Positions 1 to 8,752 of a DNA stretch of 64,000 nt are shown here, piece by piece. The notes under the pieces were generated by a model. It searched no databases and was not told the origin of the DNA. It worked only from the letters and a program-made list of their open reading frames with translations. Within the stretch, counting starts at the first letter, position 1, and every line of letters starts with the position of its first letter. The translations under genes were made by a program, and so were the position numbers. The stretch comes from a bacterium (GTDB lineage Bacteria; Hinthialibacterota; Hinthialibacteria; Hinthialibacterales; Hinthialibacteraceae). Where the stretch lies: the NCBI GenBank assembly GCA_963662285.2, contig CAXXMV010000001.1:288001-352000 (forward strand), written 5' to 3'.

Positions 1-1657
1 GCTGAAGATTCCCCAGAGTATAATTAGCGGCCGGTTTAAAAGGCCGGAACACTGCCGGTTCCGTGAAAGGATCGATATAAGGCGGGTATCCCGGATTGTT
101 GGATTCCGCACACCACATCGAACCAAATTGCCTCTTGTCGGGCTGATAGAGTCCGGACGAATTGACAGAGAATCCCCAATCCACTTCAGGTTTGAGAGAG
201 GTTAAGAAATGATTTATTTCCAGGCCCGGATCGGGCAGTTTATGCTGGCCGCTTAATTGCATCGTTTGCGTGGTCCGTTCGGTATACTGAAGGGTTTCCG
301 TTCTTAGATACGGCGCGGCGTCACGCTCGCGATTCCCTGGATCACTGGGATCGTCCGGATCGTAACCGGGAAAATAATAGGCTTTCCCTCGTGTATCTTC
401 AGCCAAAGTTGCAACATCCTCCGCCGCACGGGTATACAATGTTGTCAAACTTAGAGAATGATTTTCGGTTTCAATCCCCACGGTTCCCAATCCGCCCCAC
501 TTAACCTCTTCCGCCCCTTGAGTCACATCAAAGAGTTGCGTCTTAAAATCCCCCTGCATCGGTGTTCCCTGGATATACTGGGGAGACATGAAACCGCCCG
601 GTTCTTCAACCCAGTATTTATCATTGATGCCATTGTCAAAAAAGGAACTGTCCCGTTCATAAAAGAAACTGGCCAGGCCGCCCAGAGTGAAACCGGCATC
701 AAATTCATGTTTTCCGCCGGCCGCCAGCGACCATTTATAATCGATGGGCGCACCCTCCGGCGCAACTCCCACAGTGCGGTCGAAATTCCCGTCCGAAGGG
801 ATATCCCGTTCGTCATCCCCCAGCAAACTGACTCCGCCGCCATCATATAAAAGGAAATCATCATTCCCGGTTACTTGCGAATTGTAACTGAGTTGACTGT
901 CCAATTTAAAAACGGTTTCATTCGGAATTCCTTTCAGCACAACATTGACGGCTCCGCCGGAGGCATCGCCCTGTTGATCCGGTAAAAACGTTTTACTGAC
1001 TTGAATGCTTTCGATTGCAGCGGAAGGAAATTGATCCAACTGAACGGCGCGCTTATCGGCATCGGCAGTGGGCAAACGTACGCCATTCATTTGTGAATTG
1101 ACATACCGGTCCGGCAACCCGCGAATGACGGCGTATTTGCCGTCTTGAACAGATGCTCCCGCAACCAGTTTTAAAGCGCTGGCGGCATCACCCGCGCCGG
1201 CCTGGCTCATTAGATCGGCGCTAATCGAATCCATTAACGTCGGACTTTCCATACGCAGTTCAAGCAGAGCCGCTTCCGTTCCTGTGCCGATCTGAATGTC
1301 TTGAACGATAAATTCCTCCATATCCGTAAAATCACCGGCCAGCCACACATCGAGTTCGGTCATTTTGCCCGGTGAAACAACCACATTGGCTTTCACCTGT
1401 CGGATATACCCATCCTTCGAATAAATCAGTGTATAATTGCCAGCCGGAACTTGGTTGAAAACATAATTCCCTTCGTCTGCACTTTCGGTTTTTTCTCCAG
1501 TTTCCGCGATCGAGATTTCCGCCCCCCCCAACGGCGCATCGAAATCCTTATCGTAGATTGTCCCCCGGATACTGCCGACCTGCTGCGCTAAAACAAGTGA
1601 AACTGATAAAAAGGATATACAAGCAAAAATCCAAAAACAAAAAATATGTTTTACCAT
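1..1657 (-). CDS. TonB-dependent receptor (N-terminal part; runs off the window)
   Basis: Missing from the ORF track because no stop lies in the window. Manual translation: MVKHIFCFWIF signal peptide, carboxypeptidase-regulatory-like domain (GSIRGTIYDKDF...VPAGNYTLIYSKDGY) and plug motifs (DAASALKLVAGASVQDGKYAVIRGLPDRY; LDQFPSAAIESIQVSKTFLPD; SGGAVNV). The start overlaps the upstream stop (ATGGTAA). Confidence 0.9.
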   Translation of the reverse strand, partial: MVKHIFCFWIFACISFLSVSLVLAQQVGSIRGTIYDKDFDAPLGGAEISIAETGEKTESADEGNYVFNQVPAGNYTLIYSKDGYIRQVKANVVVSPGKMTELDVWLAGDFTDMEEFIVQDIQIGTGTEAALLELRMESPTLMDSISADLMSQAGAGDAASALKLVAGASVQDGKYAVIRGLPDRYVNSQMNGVRLPTADADKRAVQLDQFPSAAIESIQVSKTFLPDQQGDASGGAVNVVLKGIPNETVFKLDSQLSYNSQVTGNDDFLLYDGGGVSLLGDDERDIPSDGNFDRTVGVAPEGAPIDYKWSLAAGGKHEFDAGFTLGGLASFFYERDSSFFDNGINDKYWVEEPGGFMSPQYIQGTPMQGDFKTQLFDVTQGAEEVKWGGLGTVGIETENHSLSLTTLYTRAAEDVATLAEDTRGKAYYFPGYDPDDPSDPGNRERDAAPYLRTETLQYTERTTQTMQLSGQHKLPDPGLEINHFLTSLKPEVDWGFSVNSSGLYQPDKRQFGSMWCAESNNPGYPPYIDPFTEPAVFRPFKPAANYTLGNLQ

Positions 1658-2913
1658 GGTTGGCCTAGCCCCCCATATATCTGCAGCATTTGTTCCCAGA
1701 GTTCCGCATCGGGTTCACAATTGGACAGAATCATCGAGCAGCAAGCGGCGGACAGGTCTTCAGCCCGTGGCCTGGAATTAGGATTCGCAATCCCTTCTTG
1801 TACGGATTTCTTATAGACGGCCAGCGCGGATTCTTTATCTCCCATCATCTGATAGGCTTCCGCAAGCGGACGAAGCGCTCCAGCCCGCCAAATATTGACT
1901 ATTTTCATTCCCTGTTCGTTATAGAGAGCCAATGCGGCATCCGCATCAGAACGAGATTTCTTTCGGTCACCCGCCCGGTAGCGCAGTTTTATGATCTTAG
2001 CCATCAGGGGAAAACGGTGTTCCAATTTCCATTGGTACTTATCGATAAAATTTTGGGCTTGGTTGATTAGTTTCAGGGCTTTCTCCCGATCCGAATTTTC
2101 CAATGCAAATTCCGCTAGTTTTTCCAACCAATCGATTCGGATATTTACGGGAATCGTATCCCAAGAAGCCGTGATTTTATCTTCGATAACTGCGCGTTTT
2201 TCTGTATCCTTATAAAAGCGGTCAAACAACTGAACGTACGCTTCCAAAGCGTGTTTGACGATGTCAAAATCCCCTTTTGCAATATACGAATCGAGCGTTT
2301 TGACTTGATCCTCAAACGATTCCTCATCGCAAAGCATGGCCTGAACATATTCCACCTTGCCCGATTCAGATGCAACAACATTCGAGGCAAACTGGCGAGC
2401 TTTTTGAGTTTGTCCCAGCCAGGTATGAGCTTGCGCGATCTTGATCCGTATCCGGTCTCTGCGCCAATCCTCAGCGTCTTTGGCTATCGGTTCCGCTATA
2501 TCAGAAAAATACTGCATAGAGTCAATATCACCCTGCCGGGCACAGTAATAAGCCAGATTGGCGTAACACATTCCTTTTCGCCAATTTTCGATTTTTTCTA
2601 TAAACATCATGGCCTGCTTTGGCTGACCGAGTTCCAGGCAAGCATCGACCACTTTTTCCTGCGCTCTCGACCGGTCTGTGATATGGGGAGAAACTGGGAT
2701 GGAGGAAGCCGCGTTAAACGCCAGATTCAACAATTTGACTTGCGAGTCTCTCAGAGGCTTATCTTCAAGAGGGCCTTTTGTATTTTCCGCGAAAACTTTC
2801 GTCTCCATGAAGATACCATATCCGGTGATCGATAAAATCAACGCTGCGCCTATTAACGGAAAGACAAAAAAGGGAATGCTTTTTTTTTGAGGGGACCACA
2901 ATTTCATTTCCAT
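1651..2913 (-). CDS. Membrane-anchored TPR/alpha-solenoid protein
   Basis: N-terminal hydrophobic segment followed by Ala/Leu-rich helical repeats (e.g. LAEAYQMMGDKESALAVY). Start placed at MEMKL after an AAGGA RBS. Confidence 0.65.
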   Translation of the reverse strand: MEMKLWSPQKKSIPFFVFPLIGAALILSITGYGIFMETKVFAENTKGPLEDKPLRDSQVKLLNLAFNAASSIPVSPHITDRSRAQEKVVDACLELGQPKQAMMFIEKIENWRKGMCYANLAYYCARQGDIDSMQYFSDIAEPIAKDAEDWRRDRIRIKIAQAHTWLGQTQKARQFASNVVASESGKVEYVQAMLCDEESFEDQVKTLDSYIAKGDFDIVKHALEAYVQLFDRFYKDTEKRAVIEDKITASWDTIPVNIRIDWLEKLAEFALENSDREKALKLINQAQNFIDKYQWKLEHRFPLMAKIIKLRYRAGDRKKSRSDADAALALYNEQGMKIVNIWRAGALRPLAEAYQMMGDKESALAVYKKSVQEGIANPNSRPRAEDLSAACCSMILSNCEPDAELWEQMLQIYGGLGQPW

Positions 2914-3039
2914 GAAAAAATCCTTATACGGTTTATACGTCTTAGATAACTCAACTTTCATTATTCGGGTGGAAATGGCATGAAACGGAACTCCCGGATA
3001 CATGGGAATCATGCGGAATTGTTCTTTTGAAAGAGGAAA

Positions 3040-3081
3040 GCGAACGAATGCCAGCGCTGTTCGAAGCCAGCATCCATTCGC
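3040..3081 (-). terminator. Stem-loop (16-bp stem with G-U pairs) after the surface-protein gene
   Basis: GCGAAUGGAUGCUGGC pairs with GCUGGCAUUCGUUCGC. It pairs fully only on the minus strand (via G-U wobbles) and is followed by a pyrimidine-rich tract. Confidence 0.65.
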
Positions 3082-3133
3082 AATGTACTCGTAAGAAATC
3101 TGAATAATGAATAGTAATGCAGATAATCTTCAC

Positions 3134-4675
3134 TTAATACAATTCGTAATTTGAAACGTTGGAAGCGGAACCTTCGGTCATGCCATAAGCATGAACGGCC
3201 GTCCAGCCAGCCAGCCAGTTATTCGAATCATCAAATCCGCCGCGGTATTGCGCGGATTGGAAAAATCCATCAGCCGGAGCTGCTGCAACGCTGGTTAAGG
3301 CGTCGTTGTTCGCCAGAGGATTGATGGAAACAACCGGAATCATTTGTTTCCCGCCTTTGGTTACGAGATCACCGCGAACCAGCCCTTGGATCGGCATGAT
3401 TTCGGCGGTTATGTTGTTGTTCTCCGCATTGCGGACACCACGGGCATCGGCTTCCGTATAGGCGTCAGCGTGAAGGTTGTTATAGAAAACCGTATCTGTG
3501 ATTTCACACAGTTTTCCGGATGTTTGCACTGTGTAGAGAGCGGCTGCATCGGCCTGACCAAGATTGATTGCGGATGTATAGGTGTAATCCGTTGTCCAGC
3601 AATCTTCCCAGGGAAGCGTGCCATTGTAACCATATCCATTGGCGCCATCGCCATCATCTCCATCGAATCGGACCAGTTTTTCACCGAGATCCATGAAGAT
3701 GCAGTTGCGGTATTGAACGTGAGCGTTATCCCGCCAGGTTGTCCCGCCGTCACCGTCAATCGGCTGGCCGACAACGGTAAAGTTATAAATCGAAGCCGTT
3801 GTAATAGGCTGGGCATCGGAATCTTCCGCGCCGTCTGTTTCGAAGCAATTATCGCCAACACCAGAACCTTGGCTGGCATCCAGACTGTAACCTTGAACGA
3901 TCAATCCGAATTGAGCCTTGCCGCGCCAGCCTTCATCGATATCGAAACTGTCGTCGCCAACGTTCCAAATGTTTACATATTTCAAGTTGACTGTTCCGCC
4001 CCAGATTTCGATTCCATCGTCAACATTGTTCATGATTTCAACATGATCGATTGTCGTGCCACGGCCGAGACCACCCAACGACAAACCGTTCAATTCGTTT
4101 GCCAAACCTAAAACCTTGCCGCCATACCGGATAGAAAGATAATGAATGGAACCGCTATTGTCATCATCATCATCTCCGCCATAGAAAACCTTGGTGTCAT
4201 TCTCATCCGCCGCAACAAGACCTTCCATTTGTTTCACATTCAGTCCAGTCGGTTCTTTCGTATTGCTGCCGACTTGCTGGCCTTTGTAGTGCGAAGCGGA
4301 AACCAGGGCATTCCCCATTATCGTAAGGTTGCCCCACTCGTTAGCGCCTTCATGCCATGATGTCAAATCATCATTCGAAGACGTCATGATAACGGGGTCG
4401 TTTTGAATCCCGTTCACATAAATCTTGGCGCCCCGGCAAACCGCTAAACTTCCTCCAACTCCGGCAGTGCTTTGAACCAATGTCCCGGCCTCAATCGTCA
4501 AAGTTGCTCCAGGCAGAACATAAATCTGATCCTGCAGGTTGTATACATTATCGGATGTCCATGTTACGGATGTGTCAATATCCTCCGTTACCAATACTTC
4601 TGCCGCGAAGGCAGATCCGGTGATTGCCATACAGAACGCTGCAACCAATGATAGATTGACTGTTACTTTTCTCAT
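3134..4675 (-). CDS. Secreted acidic beta-helix-like surface protein of the family usually found next to TonB-dependent receptors
   Basis: Signal peptide MRKVTVNLSLVAAF...AFA. Motifs IYVLPGATLTIEAGT, WGNLTIMGNA, DDNSGSIHYLSIRYGG, NELNGLSLGGLGRGT, DDGIEIWGGTVNLKY, GDDSFDIDEGW, YRGGF..NNWLAGWT. Confidence 0.75.
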   Translation of the reverse strand: MRKVTVNLSLVAAFCMAITGSAFAAEVLVTEDIDTSVTWTSDNVYNLQDQIYVLPGATLTIEAGTLVQSTAGVGGSLAVCRGAKIYVNGIQNDPVIMTSSNDDLTSWHEGANEWGNLTIMGNALVSASHYKGQQVGSNTKEPTGLNVKQMEGLVAADENDTKVFYGGDDDDDNSGSIHYLSIRYGGKVLGLANELNGLSLGGLGRGTTIDHVEIMNNVDDGIEIWGGTVNLKYVNIWNVGDDSFDIDEGWRGKAQFGLIVQGYSLDASQGSGVGDNCFETDGAEDSDAQPITTASIYNFTVVGQPIDGDGGTTWRDNAHVQYRNCIFMDLGEKLVRFDGDDGDGANGYGYNGTLPWEDCWTTDYTYTSAINLGQADAAALYTVQTSGKLCEITDTVFYNNLHADAYTEADARGVRNAENNNITAEIMPIQGLVRGDLVTKGGKQMIPVVSINPLANNDALTSVAAAPADGFFQSAQYRGGFDDSNNWLAGWTAVHAYGMTEGSASNVSNYELY

Positions 4676-4794
4676 GCTGAGATTACCCTTTCTTCGAGTT
4701 TGGGGGATTCTATGGAATGTAAACATAGTTTCAATACCCAAATCTTTGGAATCATTGATGAATCTAAATACAGAATTGAATTCATACTGGGATA

Positions 4795-4837
4795 AATATA
4801 CAGCGGCTTTGTTAGGGAGACATTAATATAGCATTAG
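4795..4837 (-). promoter_or_regulatory. Pho-box-like triple direct repeat plus -10 element
   Basis: Minus strand reads CTAATG-N5-TTAATG-N5-CTAACA (exact 11-bp period at 4832, 4821, 4810), then TATATT about 10 bp downstream. Confidence 0.5.
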
Positions 4838-5087
4838 AATACAGTACATCTTGAATCCTGATATATACCATTAATTATATCCTGATATAATCAAATCTGC
4901 TGAAACAAAGTTCGAAAATTAAATCACTTGAACTGTTTGCGCTTAAGTTTTTATCGAGGCGGCTCAAGACCTGGATGTCCATGATTGATTGAGATTCGTA
5001 AAGAATCTTTCTCGGGTGTGGGATTCCGTCGGAGCCGCCTTACAAACATAGATCGTAAGACAATGTGCGGCTGTCACGCGAAGATGA

Positions 5088-5282
5088 GAACGCACCAGAC
5101 GCGATACAGGGAAAATCGCTGAAGAGGTGATAACACACCTTGTTGGTTTGGTAGGCTACTCGGTGCGTGTCACTCTGGAGATCGAGGCAGATATCCCTGA
5201 TGGAGTGCCGGAGAATGTTGTACGCATCGTAACAGAGAATGGCCGGACATTGAAATTCACAAGCCAGGGCTTTGAAGTGTAG
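5088..5282 (+). pseudogene. C-terminal remnant of a DUF499/Swt1-HEPN AAA+ ATPase
   Basis: Translation RRDTGKIAEEVITHLVGLVGYSVRVTLEIEADIPDGVPENVVRIVTENGRTLKFTSQGFEV* matches the recognisable C-terminus of that family. In-frame TGA at 5085 and no plausible start. Confidence 0.75.
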
Positions 5283-5394
5283 TGATTAGAAGCGTTAATG
5301 CACGTTTTATGGGGCTTTACTTAAGAGGAGACGCCAAGAAAGCCTCTCACGCGCGCGCGAATATATATATACGGGCGAATATTAGGGCCAGGCG

Positions 5395-5622
5395 TCATTC
5401 CATTTCCAAGTCCTCTTTGGCATACTTTACCGCATCCTCAAGGTCTTCCAGTTCCTGGGGGTAGATGTTGATCCCGCGCCTTGTAGGTATCCACTCCCCG
5501 TCCTTCAGCACCCAGATACGGATGTTAAGGAAGGTTTTGCCGTTATAGTCGTCCAGCGATGTCCGGAGGCTCTGTGTCGCGGTGCGTTGCTTATCAGTGT
5601 AGGGGTAGGAATCATTTTCCAT
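5395..5622 (-). CDS. PC4/YdbC-like single-stranded DNA-binding protein
   Basis: LRTSLDDYNGKTFLNIRIWVLKDGEWIPTRRGINI matches the PC4 (transcriptional coactivator p15) signature. AAAAGGAA RBS before MEND. Confidence 0.85.
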   Translation of the reverse strand: MENDSYPYTDKQRTATQSLRTSLDDYNGKTFLNIRIWVLKDGEWIPTRRGINIYPQELEDLEDAVKYAKEDLEME

Positions 5623-5635
5623 GGTGACATTCCTT

Positions 5636-6085
5636 TTAGATTTTTTCCTTGTATTGAAGGAGAGCAAAAGCGACTGCATTTCCTTCGCTATAGCCAGCCT
5701 GTTTCATAACACGATGTACTGTATTAACAAAATCGTCTCTACCCCGTGAGTCCCACTCCTCCCAATATTGCATAGCATTTTTCCAGGTCGATTCCCAAAG
5801 CAAGGATTTGGAGAAAGGGAAATAGTGATCATCTGCTAAATCCGCTAAATCCGCTAAATCTGCTAATCTGCATGATTCTATTGGAGTTGTCTCTGCAAAT
5901 GATTTGCTAGGGTTCGCTAAATCAGGTTTTGAATCCATCTCAGTAGCAACGTTTAGCGGAGAAATAGCATCGCTATCTTCTCCCAAGTCAGCCACTTTAG
6001 CAGGATTAGCAGAATTAGCAGGCCTGATAATATTCTCTATATCTTGGAAAAGAGCATCGATGGAATCATCAGATTGAATTTTCAT
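5636..6085 (-). CDS. Hypothetical protein overlapping the primase end and containing iteron-like repeats
   Basis: GGAGAG RBS before MKIQ. The low-complexity LADLADLADLAD and PANSANPA segments are produced by 9-bp DNA repeats. Confidence 0.5.
   Translation of the reverse strand: MKIQSDDSIDALFQDIENIIRPANSANPAKVADLGEDSDAISPLNVATEMDSKPDLANPSKSFAETTPIESCRLADLADLADLADDHYFPFSKSLLWESTWKNAMQYWEEWDSRGRDDFVNTVHRVMKQAGYSEGNAVAFALLQYKEKI
5831..6023. repeat. 9-bp iteron-like repeats in two opposed clusters (candidate replication origin)
   Basis: ATCYGCTAA at 5831, 5840, 5849, 5858; TTAGCAGRN at 5997, 6006, 6015; degenerate copies at about 5902, 5912, 5953. Confidence 0.7.
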
Positions 6086-8303
6086 CGTAATTGACTCTCC
6101 AAACATCCTTGTATTTCTTCCCGTCGATATCTGCACCACCTTTTACTCTTTCCGCCCAGCCATGCTCTTCAAGCGCCTTCATGGCTTGCCTTGCTGCTTT
6201 GGCTGCACGGAATCGCATGGGACCAGATTGATAGATGACAGGCAAGGGGACTAACTTAAGGCCTTTTTGTTTCAGCCATTTCAGTAAAATTTTTGCATTT
6301 TCAATCTGTGGGTCCGAGATAATTAATGACTGAATCCGAAGGGCCTCATTTAGATAAAAACGTGCTAACTCGATCCCGCTTTTTATGTGATCAACATCAA
6401 TCTCTGTTGCGCCCATATCATCCACAACCTGAAGGATCGCAGACAGCCGGATTGCGTGTTCGGGAATTTTATTAGCAAAACTGCGAATGTGATCCAGGTC
6501 TTTGCCTGGTTTGAGTCTTCCCTCTATTACATCATGAAACTGAATCCACACTTGTTTTGCCTTATCCGTGAGCCGAATAATTCGTAAGGCTGATCCACCG
6601 TTCACAATGGATTCTCGGTTCACGTTTAATAATTCTTCCATCTTTTCGTAATATCTTTTAATCTCAGGGGATTCATATAAATTAATTTCCTTGTAAAGTC
6701 GTGTCCCTGCCGTTGTAACTGGAGAACATATTAAAAATCGAGATAAAAATCCTTGATCGATAATCCCGTTATCCGCAATCAATTTTTGAGCGACAGCGGG
6801 CTGACACATAATATGACAAGTTAAGCGTTTATCAAAAAGGACAATTGGATCATCGCCCCCTCGTACGCGGGTAACCGGTTTGCCATCCCACAAACTTGAA
6901 AGGCCACTAGCTGTCTTGACGGAATTATCTCTGTTCATAGCATGGCCATGGATCAAGCGGCCTCCCTCATCACTAAAAAGGCCTATTGAAGCCGATCCTT
7001 TATAGAATAATTTTACCAAACCTTCATAAGACGGCTCTTCGATGAGGAATATGGGATATGAAGGAGGAGGTCCCTGAGGTGATTCCGATTTTTCCCACTC
7101 CTCAAGTTTCTTTTTGTACTCATTCAAGATTTCCTTCTGAAAAGCCTCATGTTTGCGAAGCGCAACACGGTCTACTGCGCTCTTTCTTTCACCGGATAGT
7201 GCCAGCGTGAGGAAAAATTCCGAAGCAGGATATACCCGGCCATCTAATTCGACATTAACAAGTGATTGAATGGTTAATCCTGCAGCTGCCAGGATCGATT
7301 GACCACATAATGCGTCTGGAGCCTGGATAGCTTCTTGGATTTTGCGAGCAGCCTTGCTGAGAACAGGACCTAACGCTTCCATCGGGAACGGCATTGATTC
7401 ACGCTGTTCTCTTTCCAATGGAAGTGGCAATTCTTTTGCTGTTTGATCTAATTTGGATTCTTGATAGTACTCCGCTTGTTCCATGATTTTTTTGAAACTC
7501 CTAGAAAAATTATCCGGATCAGCTTTGTGGAGGTCGTTTGGATCTTTGTGAGGAGAACAATTGATGACGAGTAATTCACCATCCCAGCCGGTATCGCGTA
7601 ATCGTGTTGCCACTCTTTTCACTAATTTCGCCCCGGCACTATCGGGCTCCTGTACGATATATATTTTGGCGATGTCCTTAAAATAATCCGCAGATAAACA
7701 CGTCGTCATTGTCGCCCCAGGAACAGCCAAGGCAGGGAAACCATGATACCAGAGTGTCCATGCGTCAGACTCACCTTCCTCCAGGACGATATAGTCTGCT
7801 TGTTGAGCCTCCTCCAATCGCCATAGACCATAAGGAACAACGGCCCCCTTGCCTGTGTTCCATTTAAATCCGTTTTTGGCTTTGCGAGCATTCCTAAAGC
7901 GTTGTCTCGGTGCCAGACTGCCATTTGCAAGCCGGTACTCAATCTGTACGTTATTAGCCCCATTGCTTACTCCTAACTCCCGCAAAAACTCGACAGGGAG
8001 TTGTTTGTCTTTGGCGAGCATATCAACAGATATTGGACTGGTGTTTTTTCGAGATGATACGGGGAATAGATCAGATTTTTTAAGGCCTAGCGCCGCAGTG
8101 ATTGCATCGAAGGTACACCCAGCGAAACAATTCAGCAGAATTGTCCCATCTGGAGCGGTACCAATAGAAAGCGAGGGGGTCTTGTCTCCTTCACCTTTGC
8201 CATGGCCAGGAACAGGACAATGGCCCACATGTCCATCGCCGGATGGCTTGGCGGATGTTTTATCAATAATGCTTTTCAGGGTATCAGAGATATTTGATGT
8301 CAT
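6069..8303 (-). CDS. DNA primase (Zn finger + TOPRIM) fused to a DUF3987/YfjI-like P-loop domain
   Basis: HCPVPGH...PSLSI...LLNCFAGC zinc-binding region; TOPRIM motifs EEGESDA, EPDSAG, KDPND; ALSGERKSA Walker A-like; SDEGG; GFLSRFL. Confidence 0.85.
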   Translation of the reverse strand: MTSNISDTLKSIIDKTSAKPSGDGHVGHCPVPGHGKGEGDKTPSLSIGTAPDGTILLNCFAGCTFDAITAALGLKKSDLFPVSSRKNTSPISVDMLAKDKQLPVEFLRELGVSNGANNVQIEYRLANGSLAPRQRFRNARKAKNGFKWNTGKGAVVPYGLWRLEEAQQADYIVLEEGESDAWTLWYHGFPALAVPGATMTTCLSADYFKDIAKIYIVQEPDSAGAKLVKRVATRLRDTGWDGELLVINCSPHKDPNDLHKADPDNFSRSFKKIMEQAEYYQESKLDQTAKELPLPLEREQRESMPFPMEALGPVLSKAARKIQEAIQAPDALCGQSILAAAGLTIQSLVNVELDGRVYPASEFFLTLALSGERKSAVDRVALRKHEAFQKEILNEYKKKLEEWEKSESPQGPPPSYPIFLIEEPSYEGLVKLFYKGSASIGLFSDEGGRLIHGHAMNRDNSVKTASGLSSLWDGKPVTRVRGGDDPIVLFDKRLTCHIMCQPAVAQKLIADNGIIDQGFLSRFLICSPVTTAGTRLYKEINLYESPEIKRYYEKMEELLNVNRESIVNGGSALRIIRLTDKAKQVWIQFHDVIEGRLKPGKDLDHIRSFANKIPEHAIRLSAILQVVDDMGATEIDVDHIKSGIELARFYLNEALRIQSLIISDPQIENAKILLKWLKQKGLKLVPLPVIYQSGPMRFRAAKAARQAMKALEEHGWAERVKGGADIDGKKYKDVWRVNYDENSI

Positions 8304-8528
8304 TTAACGAACACCTCCCATATCCTTCTCCCTGGGCTGGACAGTTTGACTTTGCAACCAGGAATCGAGTAACTCCCGATTAAAGCGCAAACTGCCCCCT
8401 AGCTTGGTATAGGGGATGCGTTGCATATGCACCCGGTTATAAACAGCCTTGGTAGTTAAGCCCAAATAGGCCGCCGTTTCTTGAACGTTCATCCATTTAT
8501 TGGTCTCTGCTCCACAATTATTCATCAT
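8304..8528 (-). CDS. Excisionase-family helix-turn-helix protein
   Basis: WMNVQETAAYLGLTTKAVYNRV...IPYTKLGGSLRFNRELLDSW (HTH_17 pattern). Confidence 0.9.
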   Translation of the reverse strand: MMNNCGAETNKWMNVQETAAYLGLTTKAVYNRVHMQRIPYTKLGGSLRFNRELLDSWLQSQTVQPREKDMGGVR

Positions 8529-8573
8529 TTGCCCTCTTCCTTGCAGATTTTGATAATTTCTCTGCCTTAATTG

Positions 8574-8707
8574 CGTAACTGGTTACGTCCGGAAGGAAAA
8601 TGAATGGTGCAATTGTGTGTAAGGTCAATTAAATGAGGGTTTAGATGAGAAATAAAAAAATACAAAAGGAACGTAACTATACCGTAACTATACCGTAACT
8701 GGTTACG
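8574..8707. promoter_or_regulatory. Operator array upstream of the xis-primase operon
   Basis: Palindrome CGTAAC-TG-GTTACG at 8574-8587 and 8694-8707. CGTAACT at 8672, 8683, 8694 (11-bp period). Confidence 0.7.
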
Positions 8708-8752
8708 CTTTTAGTACGATCAGTATCTGAAAAATAAAATCAAATGGATAAT

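Noticed and set aside
458-4826. Plus-strand and alternate-frame ORFs over the TonB operon, and similar short overlapping ORFs across the window
   Set aside because: They are antisense or frame shadows of well-supported genes and carry no motifs.
4900-5090. Second att site (tRNA-Gly 3' duplicate) for the element
   Set aside because: No copy of GCGGGAGACGGGGTTCGAA was found by eye; only a 9-bp inverted repeat (AGGCGGCTC/GAGCCGCCT) is present.
5831-8707. CRISPR array
   Set aside because: The repeats are 7-14 bp without unique spacers, and no cas genes are present.
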